IMG/VR virus record: IMGVR_UViG_3300025913_000019
DNA length: 64,000 bases
Direction: 5' to 3' (one strand)
DNA from: a virus
Lineage: Duplodnaviria; Caudoviricetes
This document shows, in pieces, positions 24,165 through 34,042 of this stretch. The notes beneath the pieces are model-generated. The model had not been told where the DNA came from and did not search any database. It saw nothing but the letters and a program-made list of their open reading frames with translations. The stretch's first letter is position 1. The number at the start of each line of letters is the position of its first letter. Both the position numbers and the translations under genes were made by a program.

Positions 24165-26321
24165 ATGCTACTCATCACGGAGATCGGCCTCGGCGGCGTT
24201 GCCGACTTCAAGCCGACGGTTCTCAAGGTGACGCCGGGCGTCACCTACCTGTATGGCAAGAACATGCTGATGGACGGCATCGGCAACGCCGCTGGCAAGT
24301 CTGTGTTCGCCTCCAGCCTCGCCGACATCTTCTACGACACCCCGATGGTGGGCGAGAAGACCGACAAGCCGAAGACCGGCGTTCGCATGGTTCGGTTCAA
24401 GCGCGGCGACAAGGACATCAAGATCCAGTCGACGTTCAAGGGCCGGTCGGAGCGATTCAAGATCGCGGTCGACGGCGTCGAGAAGAAGGGCCGCACTCCG
24501 TCGATGACGAAGAAGCTGGCGCCCAAGTACTGGCCGATCAACGAGGACGAGTTCCGGACCTACGGCTTCCTCTCGGCGAACGTGCCGCATCCGCTGGTCA
24601 TGGGGAACTCGACTGCGCGCAAGGCCTTCTTCACCTCCTTCTTTCAACTCGACCGTCTCGACGCCGAGAAGAAGGTGCTGGCCGCCTACAGCTCCGAGCT
24701 GAAGAAGGTGAGGGCCAGGTTCAACGAACTCGAGACCACGTTCAACGCGGTCAAGACCGACATGCTGAAGAAGGGTCAGCGGCTGGAGCTCGAGTCTCAA
24801 GTCGCTGACCTTTCCGCTCGTCTGAAGGCGCTGCGTTCCAAGTCGGATCGTGCGGCCAAGGTCAAGTCGCTCCTGAGCTTCGAGTCGTTCGCCAAGGACA
24901 AGATCGAAGCCGGCCTCAAGCTCTGCTCCGACTTCGATGAGCTGGAGCCCATGATTGCCGGCTTGCAGAAGCGTCGCAGGGCCGCACTCCGTGCGAGCGA
25001 ACAGCTAGCCGAGTACAAGGCGTACAGGCGTGCGCTCGAGGCCTGGGAGACCGCAGCCGAAGGCATCGACACCCGGGACGACATGCGTACGCTGGAGGAC
25101 GCGAGCGCCAAGTTCACGAAGGCGACGGCCGAGCTCCGGGTCTACGAGAAGCTGGTCGACCCGCGGCTGATCCATCCAGGGCACCTGTTGGACCCGGTGA
25201 CGAAGCCTGAGCAGTCGAAGGACGAGCTGGCCGAGATGCGGGTCAAGCTGCGCCACCTGCAGGAGCACAGCCGCAAGTTCAGCTCGGGCGTCTGCGACGA
25301 GTGCGGTCAACCCGTGGCCAAGGCCGACCCGGAGAAGATCGACCGCATGAAGTCCAAGGTCAAGAAACTGGGCGACGCATGGGACAAGTACGACGAATGG
25401 GCAGAGCATCGTCGTAACTTCGAAGCCGAGCTCAAGGACTACGAGCCGAAAGCGAAGCGCCGTGACGCAGCCGAGAAGGTGCAGAACGAGAACCGCGAAG
25501 CTCACGTGCTGTACAAGCAGCGTCAACGCCTGGGGCCCCGGCCCGACAAGGTCGAGAAGCCCGAAGAAGCAGAGGACGTTGAGGTCCTGAATCGTGACAT
25601 CGAGCTCCTGAAGTTCCTGCTGCAGCACCAGTCGAACATCGAAGAGCTCCGCGCTCTGACCAAGGAAGAGCGCGAGCTCAGCTTCGACTCAGAAGTCATG
25701 GAGCGCGTGCAGGACAAGCTCTCGGGCATGAAGACGAAGCTCGACGTTCACAACACGGTCAAGGGTCGTGCGTCGGAGATGCGCGAGCGACTGGCCGAGC
25801 TGAAGGCGCAGCTTGAGGACGAAGAGGCCGTGCTGTTCGCACTCGAGGCCTACTCTGACACGGCGATCAAGCGCATGGCAGTCGAGGCAATCAGCGAGCA
25901 GATGATGGCGACCATCAACAAGATGGGCACGATCGTCTTTCCTGACTACCGGTTCGAGTTCGTGTGGGACTCGCAGGTGCGCATCCTGGTTCATCGTCAG
26001 GGCAAGGCACCGACCGACGTGCGCAAGCTCAGTGGCGCGGAGACGATGCTGTTCACGCTCATCATGGTCTTCTCGCTCCTCATGTTCGTGCCGTCGCGGA
26101 AGCGCCTGTCGCTGCTGATCCTCGATGAGCCGTGCGCCAGCTTCCACGAGCGCATGATCCCGAAGTTCCACGCGCTGCTGCCCGAGATGCTGAAGGTGAT
26201 TCCCAGCATCCTGATCGCAACCCCGAAGGAGTACGAGCGATACCCCGGGGCCAAGGAGTACACCATCTACCGCGACCAAAGCGGTGCCTGCCTCAAGAAG
26301 GGACATGCCAGTGTCAACTGA
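24165..26321 (+). CDS. sbcC: SbcC/Rad50-like SMC ATPase (gp46-like recombination nuclease subunit)
   Basis: Walker A NAAGKS; coiled coil with CDECG zinc hook; LSGAE signature; LILDEP Walker B. Confidence 0.9.
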   Translation: MLLITEIGLGGVADFKPTVLKVTPGVTYLYGKNMLMDGIGNAAGKSVFASSLADIFYDTPMVGEKTDKPKTGVRMVRFKRGDKDIKIQSTFKGRSERFKIAVDGVEKKGRTPSMTKKLAPKYWPINEDEFRTYGFLSANVPHPLVMGNSTARKAFFTSFFQLDRLDAEKKVLAAYSSELKKVRARFNELETTFNAVKTDMLKKGQRLELESQVADLSARLKALRSKSDRAAKVKSLLSFESFAKDKIEAGLKLCSDFDELEPMIAGLQKRRRAALRASEQLAEYKAYRRALEAWETAAEGIDTRDDMRTLEDASAKFTKATAELRVYEKLVDPRLIHPGHLLDPVTKPEQSKDELAEMRVKLRHLQEHSRKFSSGVCDECGQPVAKADPEKIDRMKSKVKKLGDAWDKYDEWAEHRRNFEAELKDYEPKAKRRDAAEKVQNENREAHVLYKQRQRLGPRPDKVEKPEEAEDVEVLNRDIELLKFLLQHQSNIEELRALTKEERELSFDSEVMERVQDKLSGMKTKLDVHNTVKGRASEMRERLAELKAQLEDEEAVLFALEAYSDTAIKRMAVEAISEQMMATINKMGTIVFPDYRFEFVWDSQVRILVHRQGKAPTDVRKLSGAETMLFTLIMVFSLLMFVPSRKRLSLLILDEPCASFHERMIPKFHALLPEMLKVIPSILIATPKEYERYPGAKEYTIYRDQSGACLKKGHASVN

Positions 26322-27045
26322 ACGAAGCGTCGTCAGCGCCAGCATCACAATGACAACGGAACTAAGCGTCTTCAGCTCCAGCATCTTCTCGGTGTGGGAC
26401 ATCAGCGATGGACTGCGTAGGCTCAAGGTCAGCCACACCATCGACCCTGAGACCAAGGGTCAGAAGGTGCTGAACGTGAACCTGAAACGGGCACAGCCGC
26501 GGCCGGTGCACATCACCACATCCGTGGCTGCGCTCCGTCCCGGCTCCATCAATTTCATCGTGGGTTCGTATGGGATGCTGTCGCAGACAAACATCCCGCA
26601 ACTGATCGGCCCCGATCTCGCGACTGCGTTGAAGACGGCTCTGCTGTCGCACCAGACCACGAAGATCAAGGTCTCGACGATGAGCCCGGTCGACTACATC
26701 AACCACGTGGCCAAGCCGTCGCTGCTGAACAAGATCCTCACCGAGTTGCAAGGCATCCAGCCCTACAACCCGTTGCGGAAACAGACGCAGGCGCTCATCA
26801 TTGCGTACTTCAATGGACGCGTCGCCGAGCGCACGGTCATGACCTTCCTGTCGAAGACGCTGCGGCTCGAACGTCTGAAGCCGCTGATCGTTGAAGGCAA
26901 GACGCTGCGCGACGCCGTGGAGATGATGAAGACGATGGACGCCGAGACCATTGCGTTGCAGACCGGTGTGCCGGCCTTCGACATCCAGTACTTCCACAAC
27001 GCGGGCAAGCCCAAGCCCGAGAAGAAGCCCAAGGTGAAGAAATGA
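26305..27045 (+). CDS. Hypothetical protein (start uncertain)
   Basis: Open frame between SbcC and the next gene; basic C-terminus. Confidence 0.65.
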   Translation: MPVSTERSVVSASITMTTELSVFSSSIFSVWDISDGLRRLKVSHTIDPETKGQKVLNVNLKRAQPRPVHITTSVAALRPGSINFIVGSYGMLSQTNIPQLIGPDLATALKTALLSHQTTKIKVSTMSPVDYINHVAKPSLLNKILTELQGIQPYNPLRKQTQALIIAYFNGRVAERTVMTFLSKTLRLERLKPLIVEGKTLRDAVEMMKTMDAETIALQTGVPAFDIQYFHNAGKPKPEKKPKVKK

Positions 27046-27422
27046 GTACTCCGAGCGGCCCCTCTATCAAGGCGTGGTTCAACGGCAGGCAGGTGCTGCT
27101 CGGGCTTCAACAGAATGCCCTGGTCTTCAATGGCTTCGAGTTCGTCAGACCGCAAGACGCGAAGTTCGTCGCCATCATCGAGACCGTGACGGTGGGGCCG
27201 GAGAACGTGCCACCACCCTGGCCCGAGACGCAGACGATTGACCAGGCGGCCCTGACCTGGACCAACTACTGGTTGTGCGAGGTCATCGCCATCAATCAGA
27301 CAACGATCGGTGACCAGGATGTAGTCGCCGTCAACGATCCCAACAACGGAGCCTGCGTCTGCGGCATCAGCTGCCAGGGCCGTGATCTCCAGTACGTCCA
27401 GGTGGCGAACGTCACCGCCTGA
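27042..27422 (+). CDS. Hypothetical protein, possibly virion-associated
   Basis: ATGA coupling; beta-rich composition with many N/Q/T residues. Confidence 0.65.
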   Translation: MSTPSGPSIKAWFNGRQVLLGLQQNALVFNGFEFVRPQDAKFVAIIETVTVGPENVPPPWPETQTIDQAALTWTNYWLCEVIAINQTTIGDQDVVAVNDPNNGACVCGISCQGRDLQYVQVANVTA

Positions 27423-27445
27423 TCCTCAATCCCAAGCAAGGAACT

Positions 27446-28243
27446 ATGATGAACAAGTACGGCCAGCCCCTCGCGGCTCCCATCCGCCAGACGATCCTCC
27501 CGGCCATGACGAAGGACGGCCGCATCATCGGCTGGTATCCAATCGCTGCACAGACCTTCACCGGTGCGGAGACCTCGGTCACGATCCCGGACACGGGCAA
27601 CGGCGGCGCAGGCACCGTGATCCCTGTCATGTCCGTGACGCAGGACTCGGGCATCGGTCTGCCCCAGTACATGGCGGCGGTCTGGCCCACCGGCCTCGCG
27701 GCCAACTACCAGCCGTGGGCATCGACGTTGCTGCAGAAGCCGGATGTCGGCTATTCGCGCTGGTACTCGATGGCGACCGAGTCGTGGTTCGAGCACTTCA
27801 CGAAGGGAGCGCTCATCGACGGTCTGACCGGCGGCACCCTCAACCTCGCGGTCTCTGCCGCGTCCAACCCGAGCGCTCCGACCGTGACCACTCCTGCCGC
27901 GCAGACCTGGCAAGCGTCCATCGAGTACGCGATGCTCAACGGCGACTGCCCGTTCTTCGACTTCAACTGGATCACGCTCTTCGCGGCCAAGTCGAACACG
28001 ACCGGCATCCGCATCGTCGTCAACACGAACCCGGCGCCCATCGCTCCCGATCCGCTGCCCCCGATGAAGGCCGTGAACATCGGCATCCCGGTGGCCGGCC
28101 CGACGGGTGCTCCGATCTACGACTCGATCCGCATCATGAAGCTCATGGACGAAGTGCCGCCCGGCGCCTACGCCTTCACCTTCACGATCTACGACGACCT
28201 GGGCCAGAGCACGGCCGCGACGCTCAACCTCACGGTCGTGTAA
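27446..28243 (+). CDS. Putative virion structural protein
   Basis: SD AAGGAA; T/A/G/P-rich and low-charge like the virion genes; followed by a terminator. Confidence 0.65.
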   Translation: MMNKYGQPLAAPIRQTILPAMTKDGRIIGWYPIAAQTFTGAETSVTIPDTGNGGAGTVIPVMSVTQDSGIGLPQYMAAVWPTGLAANYQPWASTLLQKPDVGYSRWYSMATESWFEHFTKGALIDGLTGGTLNLAVSAASNPSAPTVTTPAAQTWQASIEYAMLNGDCPFFDFNWITLFAAKSNTTGIRIVVNTNPAPIAPDPLPPMKAVNIGIPVAGPTGAPIYDSIRIMKLMDEVPPGAYAFTFTIYDDLGQSTAATLNLTVV

Positions 28244-28274
28244 TCCAACTTGCATGGGTCCCCTGGACCTCCTT

Positions 28275-28312
28275 AGGGTCCCTGGCCTTCAAAAGTCAGG
28301 GACCCTCTTTTC
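28275..28312 (+). terminator. Rho-independent terminator
   Basis: AGGGTCCCTG...CAGGGACCCT stem followed by CTTTTC. Confidence 0.75.
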
Positions 28313-28342
28313 GTTCTGGACTCGAAGTTCACGGTCCGAGAC

Positions 28343-28350
28343 TGTAAATA
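28343..28350 (+). promoter_or_regulatory. Candidate phage promoter box TGTAAATA
   Basis: Between the terminator and the sliding-clamp ATG. Confidence 0.6.
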
Positions 28351-28393
28351 AGGGGACATAGCAGTCCCTTCCATCCAACACCACAGAGTAACC

Positions 28394-29482
28394 ATGGCTC
28401 TCAACATCCAAGTCGAAACCGACGCACTGCACACTGCCCTCGACGTCATCTCGAAGACGGCGCCGCCGTTCGAGGGCGAAGTCACGTTCCGCATCAAGGA
28501 CAACAAGGTCACGGTCAACTCCGTCTCCGACTTGAGCCGGGCCACCGTCGTCATCCCCTGCACGTCGAAGGGCGAAGGCGAGTTCGCGATCCCGATGGAG
28601 TCGCTGCGCTCGGCCTCGAAGGGGAAGAAGGAGCTGAGCCTCGCCTACAAGGACGGCACGCTCAACGTCAAGGCTGCCGGCGGCTACACGGCTGACCTCG
28701 CGACCCTCGACGTGGTGCCGCCAGACGAAGTGCCGAAGGAAGAGACGCAGGACTGGAAGCTGACGGCCGACCAGGCGACGTGGCTTCGCAAGGCGCTGAA
28801 GGACGTGACGCTGAAGCCGACCTCGATCCTCAGCGCGTGGATGCCCGTCGGCATTCGCCTCTCGTCGTCGGGTGCGTTCGTGGCCTGCTACGATGCGGCC
28901 CACATGAGCTGGGTCAACGACAAGACGATCAAGGGCGAGTTCGAGTGCGTGATGCCGCTCGAGACCGCGAAGGCTCTGGTCGAGGTCTTCCACACGGGCA
29001 ACTTCGTGATCCACCTGACGAAGAACTCGATCCGTGTCAGGAACAAGACGGTCAACGTCCTGCTGTCGCTCCCGAACACGGAAGACCTGCCGACGCTCGA
29101 GCAGGTGCGGGCCAAGATCAAGGAAGCGATGGCGGTCAAGGCCACGACCTTCAAGGTCGGCCAGAAGGACATGCTGGCCTTCATCGACAACGCACGCGCG
29201 GTCATGGGCAAGGAGCGCGCCGAGATCCTGGTCACGAGCGCCAAGGGATCGAAGGGCGACAAGCTGGAGCTGCTGGTGAAGACGGGCCAAGGCCAGGTCA
29301 AGACCCTGGTCGCCGGCGGCACGGGCGGGACCAAGGAGCGCTCGTTCACGGTCGACCTCGACTACATCCAGGAGCTCATCAGCAGGGCGTCGGACGAGAT
29401 GATGCTCAACGTCGTGGACGGTTCGTTCCTGTCCATCGCGCTGGCCGGCTCCAATGCAATCGTAGCGTTGAACCAGCAATGA
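28394..29482 (+). CDS. dnaN: DNA polymerase sliding clamp, beta-subunit-like
   Basis: 362 aa; three-domain alternating beta/alpha pattern; N-terminal LNIQVETDALHTALDVIS resembles DnaN; a clamp loader is in the same block. Confidence 0.7.
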   Translation: MALNIQVETDALHTALDVISKTAPPFEGEVTFRIKDNKVTVNSVSDLSRATVVIPCTSKGEGEFAIPMESLRSASKGKKELSLAYKDGTLNVKAAGGYTADLATLDVVPPDEVPKEETQDWKLTADQATWLRKALKDVTLKPTSILSAWMPVGIRLSSSGAFVACYDAAHMSWVNDKTIKGEFECVMPLETAKALVEVFHTGNFVIHLTKNSIRVRNKTVNVLLSLPNTEDLPTLEQVRAKIKEAMAVKATTFKVGQKDMLAFIDNARAVMGKERAEILVTSAKGSKGDKLELLVKTGQGQVKTLVAGGTGGTKERSFTVDLDYIQELISRASDEMMLNVVDGSFLSIALAGSNAIVALNQQ

Positions 29483-29868
29483 TCCAAGGCGCAACCCTGC
29501 GCTCACTGATCCCGTGGGAGACAGGCCTGTTCCACAGGCTGGGTCAGGGGCACGCGATTGTCTCCACACCTCAGGAGCCCGGCACCTACGAGCTGGGCGC
29601 CAAGTTCAATCTCATCTGCATGTTCGAGATGTGGGAGCTGAAGCGCGACGGTAAACCCGTCGGGCACTTCTTCCTCTCCGGCATGAAGGTCGAGTCGAAG
29701 GGCGGCTACATCGTCACGTTCATGGAGTCGAAGCGCGGTCGCGCCGAGACCTGGAACCTGTTGATCCGCAGCCCCGAGTTCCTGCTCTTCGACTTCCCCA
29801 ACTGCGGCGCTATGGCGATCAGCATGGAAGTCAGCGAGCACATGCAAAAGATCCTGGAAGGTCAATGA
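29479..29868 (+). CDS. Hypothetical protein
   Basis: ATGA-coupled start MIQGAT. Confidence 0.7.
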   Translation: MIQGATLRSLIPWETGLFHRLGQGHAIVSTPQEPGTYELGAKFNLICMFEMWELKRDGKPVGHFFLSGMKVESKGGYIVTFMESKRGRAETWNLLIRSPEFLLFDFPNCGAMAISMEVSEHMQKILEGQ

Positions 29869-30413
29869 TGGTGAAGAAGACACAACCCGCGAACCAGGGC
29901 CTCATCGCTACGATCCGTGAGGACGAGACCTACAAGACGTTCAAGACGATCCTGACCGGTGCAAAGCAGGGCCTCGATCTCGAAGCGCTGTCGAACGAGG
30001 TGATCGGTCTGCACGTCGGCCGAACCAGCACCGGCCTCACGGGGGACGGCCGCTACAGCCCGAAGACGTTGCTGGATGCGAACACGACCGACATGTCGAG
30101 CCGCGGTCGCATGACCCTGATTCGTGTCCGCCTCGACAAGAAGGTGGGGGCACTGCGCAAGGGCATCGGTGCGATGCGCAAGCACATCCTGACGAAGTAC
30201 GCGGAGGAGCTGAAGGCCTACGGTGGAGTCACGATGCAGAAGGCTGTGGCTGACCGCGTGATGAAGGCGGCCATCGAGTACGTGGAAGAAGCCGATCTGC
30301 TGATCGCCAGCATCGACCACCTCATCCGTGACATCGACAGCGCAGGGCATGGTCTGCATCGCTGCGGCGAGCTAATCAAGATCCTGAGCGAAGGGCGAGG
30401 TCGCACGCTGTGA
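29865..30413 (+). CDS. Helical protein, possibly a UvsY-like recombination mediator
   Basis: All-helical; coupled directly upstream of the SF2 helicase. Confidence 0.55.
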   Translation: MMVKKTQPANQGLIATIREDETYKTFKTILTGAKQGLDLEALSNEVIGLHVGRTSTGLTGDGRYSPKTLLDANTTDMSSRGRMTLIRVRLDKKVGALRKGIGAMRKHILTKYAEELKAYGGVTMQKAVADRVMKAAIEYVEEADLLIASIDHLIRDIDSAGHGLHRCGELIKILSEGRGRTL

Positions 30414-31957
30414 CGAAGCAGATCACCCTCACCAAGCGCGAGGCGGTCTTCATTCCGATCAAGGCGATCACGACCGAGATCAGGGACCGCATCAAGCAGA
30501 AGCTCGACTTCAAGTTCTACGACGAGAAGGCGTGCAAGGACTGCGAGTGGTTGTCGGAGCGTCATTGCGACATCTGCGACACGTGCCCTGGCTTCAAGGC
30601 CGGCTACAACCTCGCACCCACGGTCAAGGTCAACGAGAACCGCTACATCAAGGTGCCGGTCGGGTCTCACAACCTGATCGTCGACTACCTGGAGACCAAG
30701 GGCTACGAGGTCACGATCAAGGACAAGAGCCCGAAGCGTCCGATCCGTGCCATCCAGTGGCGCGGCAAGTTCCGTGAAGGCCAAGCCGACGCAGTGGTGG
30801 CGATGCGCCGCAAGCGTCGTGGCGTCATGAAGGCGCCACCTCGAAGCGGCAAGACCGTGAGCGGCACAGCCGTCATCTGCAAGCTCCAGCGCAAGACCAT
30901 CGTGATCGCAGCGCAGCGCGAGTGGCTCAACGGCTTCATCGAGACCTTCATCGGCTCGAAGACGCAGAAGGCCCTGACGAACCTGGACCCCAAGCGCATC
31001 AAGCTCTGCAAGACCTACGAGGACTTCAAGAACCACGACATCTGCCTGTGCACTCCCAACATCTTCTACTCCGACAAGGGGCAGGCGATCCTTGCGAAGC
31101 TGCGGGACATGTTCGAGGTCATGTTCGTCGACGAAGTGCACATGGGTGCTGCCGACAAGTTCATCGGCATCCTCTCGAAGTTCAACGTCCGGTGGATGAT
31201 TGGCCTCTCGGGCACGCCGAGTCGCAAGGACGCGAAGTATGTCCTGGTCCGACACGTGGTCGGCCCCATCATCCACGAGGTCAAGGTCGAGTCGCTGCGG
31301 CCGCACGTCAAGGTCAGGTTCACCTCGTACCAGAAGACGCACAAGGGCAACGTGCTGTGGGTGCGTATGGTCAGCGCACTCGAGAACGACAAGAAGCGCA
31401 TCGACCAGATCGCGAAGGAAGCGATCAAGGACGTGGCCGCGGGTCACCTTGTGATGATCCCGTACACGCAGATGAAGCCGGTGCTCGCAACTATAAAGAG
31501 GATCAACGAGCTTGCGGGCAAGACGTTGGCCTATCCGTATCATGGTCAGGTGCCGAAGAAGGTGCTCGACCAGACGCTGGAGCGGGCACGCAAGTACCGG
31601 GTCAAGATCCTCGTGGGCACGACCAAGAAGCTGAGCGTGGGACTCAACATCCCGCGTGCGTCGATGCTCTACGAGGTTGCGATGTCGAGCAACAAGGAAA
31701 ATGCGGAGCAGCGGATGCGCCGGGTCACGACGAAGATGAAGCCCGAGGACGAGCGCCCGGGATTCCCGAAGCCAGACCCGTGCATAAAGTACTTCCTCGA
31801 CGACATGAACGTCCGTAGGAACTGCGCGAAGAACGAGTTCTTCAATGTGCTGCGGCCGAAGCTCCAGCCCCACATCGATGAACGCACGCAGCTGCTGCTC
31901 GATACGTACTTCAAGGCCAAGTCGGGTGGCAGGGCCGAAGGCAAGTTTGAACTCTAG
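30410..31957 (+). CDS. Superfamily 2 DNA helicase (UvsW-like)
   Basis: APPRSGKT; DEVH; GLSGTP; motif VI EQRMRR; N-terminal CxxC/CxxCxxC. Confidence 0.9.
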   Translation: MTKQITLTKREAVFIPIKAITTEIRDRIKQKLDFKFYDEKACKDCEWLSERHCDICDTCPGFKAGYNLAPTVKVNENRYIKVPVGSHNLIVDYLETKGYEVTIKDKSPKRPIRAIQWRGKFREGQADAVVAMRRKRRGVMKAPPRSGKTVSGTAVICKLQRKTIVIAAQREWLNGFIETFIGSKTQKALTNLDPKRIKLCKTYEDFKNHDICLCTPNIFYSDKGQAILAKLRDMFEVMFVDEVHMGAADKFIGILSKFNVRWMIGLSGTPSRKDAKYVLVRHVVGPIIHEVKVESLRPHVKVRFTSYQKTHKGNVLWVRMVSALENDKKRIDQIAKEAIKDVAAGHLVMIPYTQMKPVLATIKRINELAGKTLAYPYHGQVPKKVLDQTLERARKYRVKILVGTTKKLSVGLNIPRASMLYEVAMSSNKENAEQRMRRVTTKMKPEDERPGFPKPDPCIKYFLDDMNVRRNCAKNEFFNVLRPKLQPHIDERTQLLLDTYFKAKSGGRAEGKFEL

Positions 31958-31966
31958 AGGTGTGAG

Positions 31967-32149
31967 ATGAGAATGCAATGCGGGCGGTGCCTGTCTTCGA
32001 TGTTCCCCAAGGTCCAGGGTGGCTGCACCTTCTGCGCAGGCAAGGACGTGAAGCACTTCCAGTTCAGCGGCAACAAGTACACGCATTCCGGTGCGTGTCT
32101 GCCTGTTGCTCACGTCAGCATCAAGGAGGTAAAGCCCCGTGGCTACTGA
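31967..32149 (+). CDS. Small Zn-finger protein (60 aa)
   Basis: CGRC...CTFC; SD GAGG. Confidence 0.55.
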   Translation: MRMQCGRCLSSMFPKVQGGCTFCAGKDVKHFQFSGNKYTHSGACLPVAHVSIKEVKPRGY

Positions 32150-32723
32150 GAAGGTGTGGCTCAAGGTCTCGAAGAAGACGATCGACTCGCTGCCCGACCA
32201 GATCGCGTTCCGCCTGAAGCGCCTGCAGTGGAACCCGAGCGGTTTCGTCATCGAGCACGAACGCATGGAGCACAAGATCATCGAGGCCTCGGTCCAGGAC
32301 ATGAGCCTGGCCAAGTGGGAAGACAACCCGAAGGCACCGATGACCTACGTGGTGGCGGGGTCGCCTGAGGATGAGGTGGCGAAGTACTTCGCGGCCTACC
32401 TCGTGGACGTCCATCGTCAGCGTCTCGGCATCAACGCCAACGTGCACTGGGAGACGGTGTTCAACGGCTACGACAATCCGATCCTGAAGTCGGGCATCAG
32501 TCCGACGCTGATCGTGCTCTCGAACCTGAGCGTCAAGTCGAACTTCCTCAAGTACGACAAGGCGAAGGACGTGATCGAACGCTTCCCGTCGATCCCGAAG
32601 ATCGTGGTGGTGGCCGGCGAGGACCCCATCAGCTTCGCGGCCCAGCGACTGCATATCCCATGCCACGGCATTGCCTACTTCGCTAATGCCAAAGCTTCCA
32701 AGAACGTCCAGGAGATCGTGTGA
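32139..32723 (+). CDS. Degenerate P-loop-like protein, possible helicase loader/partner
   Basis: YVVAGS, LIVLSNL and IVVVAG strand pattern without an intact GKT; GTGA-coupled to DnaB. Confidence 0.55.
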   Translation: MATEKVWLKVSKKTIDSLPDQIAFRLKRLQWNPSGFVIEHERMEHKIIEASVQDMSLAKWEDNPKAPMTYVVAGSPEDEVAKYFAAYLVDVHRQRLGINANVHWETVFNGYDNPILKSGISPTLIVLSNLSVKSNFLKYDKAKDVIERFPSIPKIVVVAGEDPISFAAQRLHIPCHGIAYFANAKASKNVQEIV

Positions 32724-34039
32724 GGACCAAAACCGTTTCGCCCCGCACCGAGTTGATGGTGCTGCGCGGCATGTGCCACAAGAACCGCGTCATCGCCGGC
32801 ACGCTTCTCGGCGGCACCGACGAGAACTACTTCGATACGGTCGAGGCCAAGGAGGTGCTTGCCTCGATCCGCAAGCAGATGGCGACGACCGGAGAACCGC
32901 CGCTCTACAAGCTGGTGATCTCCGATCCCGACATCAGCGAAGAGGCACGCGCCTTCTTCAAGGACAGCGAAGCCACGATCCAGTCGAAGGAGGCGGCGGC
33001 CAAGGCGGTGCAGGTCCTGAATCGCTACCGCAAGAACCGTGCGCTCCACGAGATGATGGTGGCGATCGACGCCAGCTTCCAGACTGGCAAGCTCGACACC
33101 GAGGCGATGCTCGAGGAGTGCAGCCGTCGTGTCTCGCAGGCACGGATGTCGAAGGCGGCGAAGAACGAGTTCGTCCACTTCGGCCTCAACAACAACTCGC
33201 TGTCCATCGTCAAGGACTTGCTCTACGGTGACAAGAGCGAGGACGTGCTGCCGACGGGCATCCGCCCCTTCGATGAGAAGGCCGGTGGCCTGCTGCGTGG
33301 TGGTCTCGTCACCATCGGTGCATCATCCGGCGGCGGCAAGTCGCTCATGGCCTGTCAGCTCGCGATCAACTTCGCGCTGCAGGGCTACAAGGTCGTCATC
33401 GTCCCGCTGGAGATGACCAAGGCCGAGATGATCGCGCGTATCGGCGCGAACCTGAACAAGGTGGACGTGACCCGCATCTTGACGGGCAAGCTGACGCAGG
33501 ACGAGAAGGACGCTGCGTTCATCAAGTTCAAGAAGTTCATGAAGAAGATCAAGAGCCTCGGCGGGCGGCTCTCGATCTACAAGCCAGAAGAAGACGTGAC
33601 GATGGAAGACGTGATCGCGGCGGTGAACGCCTACGATTGCGACGTCCGTATCGTCGACTACATCTCGCTGCTGAAGGGTGCTGACGGCGACGACAGCTGG
33701 CAGGCACTGGGTGCGATCGCACGTCTCGCCAAGGTGAACGCAGGTGCGACCAACACGGTCAACATCCTGCTCTGCCAGGTGAACGAGGACGGCAAGGTCC
33801 GCTACGCACGCGCCATCAGCGAGCACTCGAACAACTCGTTCGTGTGGGTGACGAAGAAGGAAGAACGCGAGAAGGAAGTCGGTGTCATCAAGGTCGAGCA
33901 GCCGAAGGCACGGAACAGCGCGAGCTATCCGTTCGAGGTCGGCTTCCACTGGGCCTGGATGAAGCTGGTTGACGTCGAGTCCGTTCCTGACACGAGCACC
34001 GAGACGAAGGAGCACATGACCAACCTCGCAGACGTTTGA
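32720..34039 (+). CDS. dnaB: Replicative DNA helicase, DnaB-like
   Basis: LPTGIRPFD; GASSGGGKS; IVDYISLL; ILLCQVN; YARAISEHS. Confidence 0.9.
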   Translation: MRTKTVSPRTELMVLRGMCHKNRVIAGTLLGGTDENYFDTVEAKEVLASIRKQMATTGEPPLYKLVISDPDISEEARAFFKDSEATIQSKEAAAKAVQVLNRYRKNRALHEMMVAIDASFQTGKLDTEAMLEECSRRVSQARMSKAAKNEFVHFGLNNNSLSIVKDLLYGDKSEDVLPTGIRPFDEKAGGLLRGGLVTIGASSGGGKSLMACQLAINFALQGYKVVIVPLEMTKAEMIARIGANLNKVDVTRILTGKLTQDEKDAAFIKFKKFMKKIKSLGGRLSIYKPEEDVTMEDVIAAVNAYDCDVRIVDYISLLKGADGDDSWQALGAIARLAKVNAGATNTVNILLCQVNEDGKVRYARAISEHSNNSFVWVTKKEEREKEVGVIKVEQPKARNSASYPFEVGFHWAWMKLVDVESVPDTSTETKEHMTNLADV

Positions 34040-34042
34040 CCA

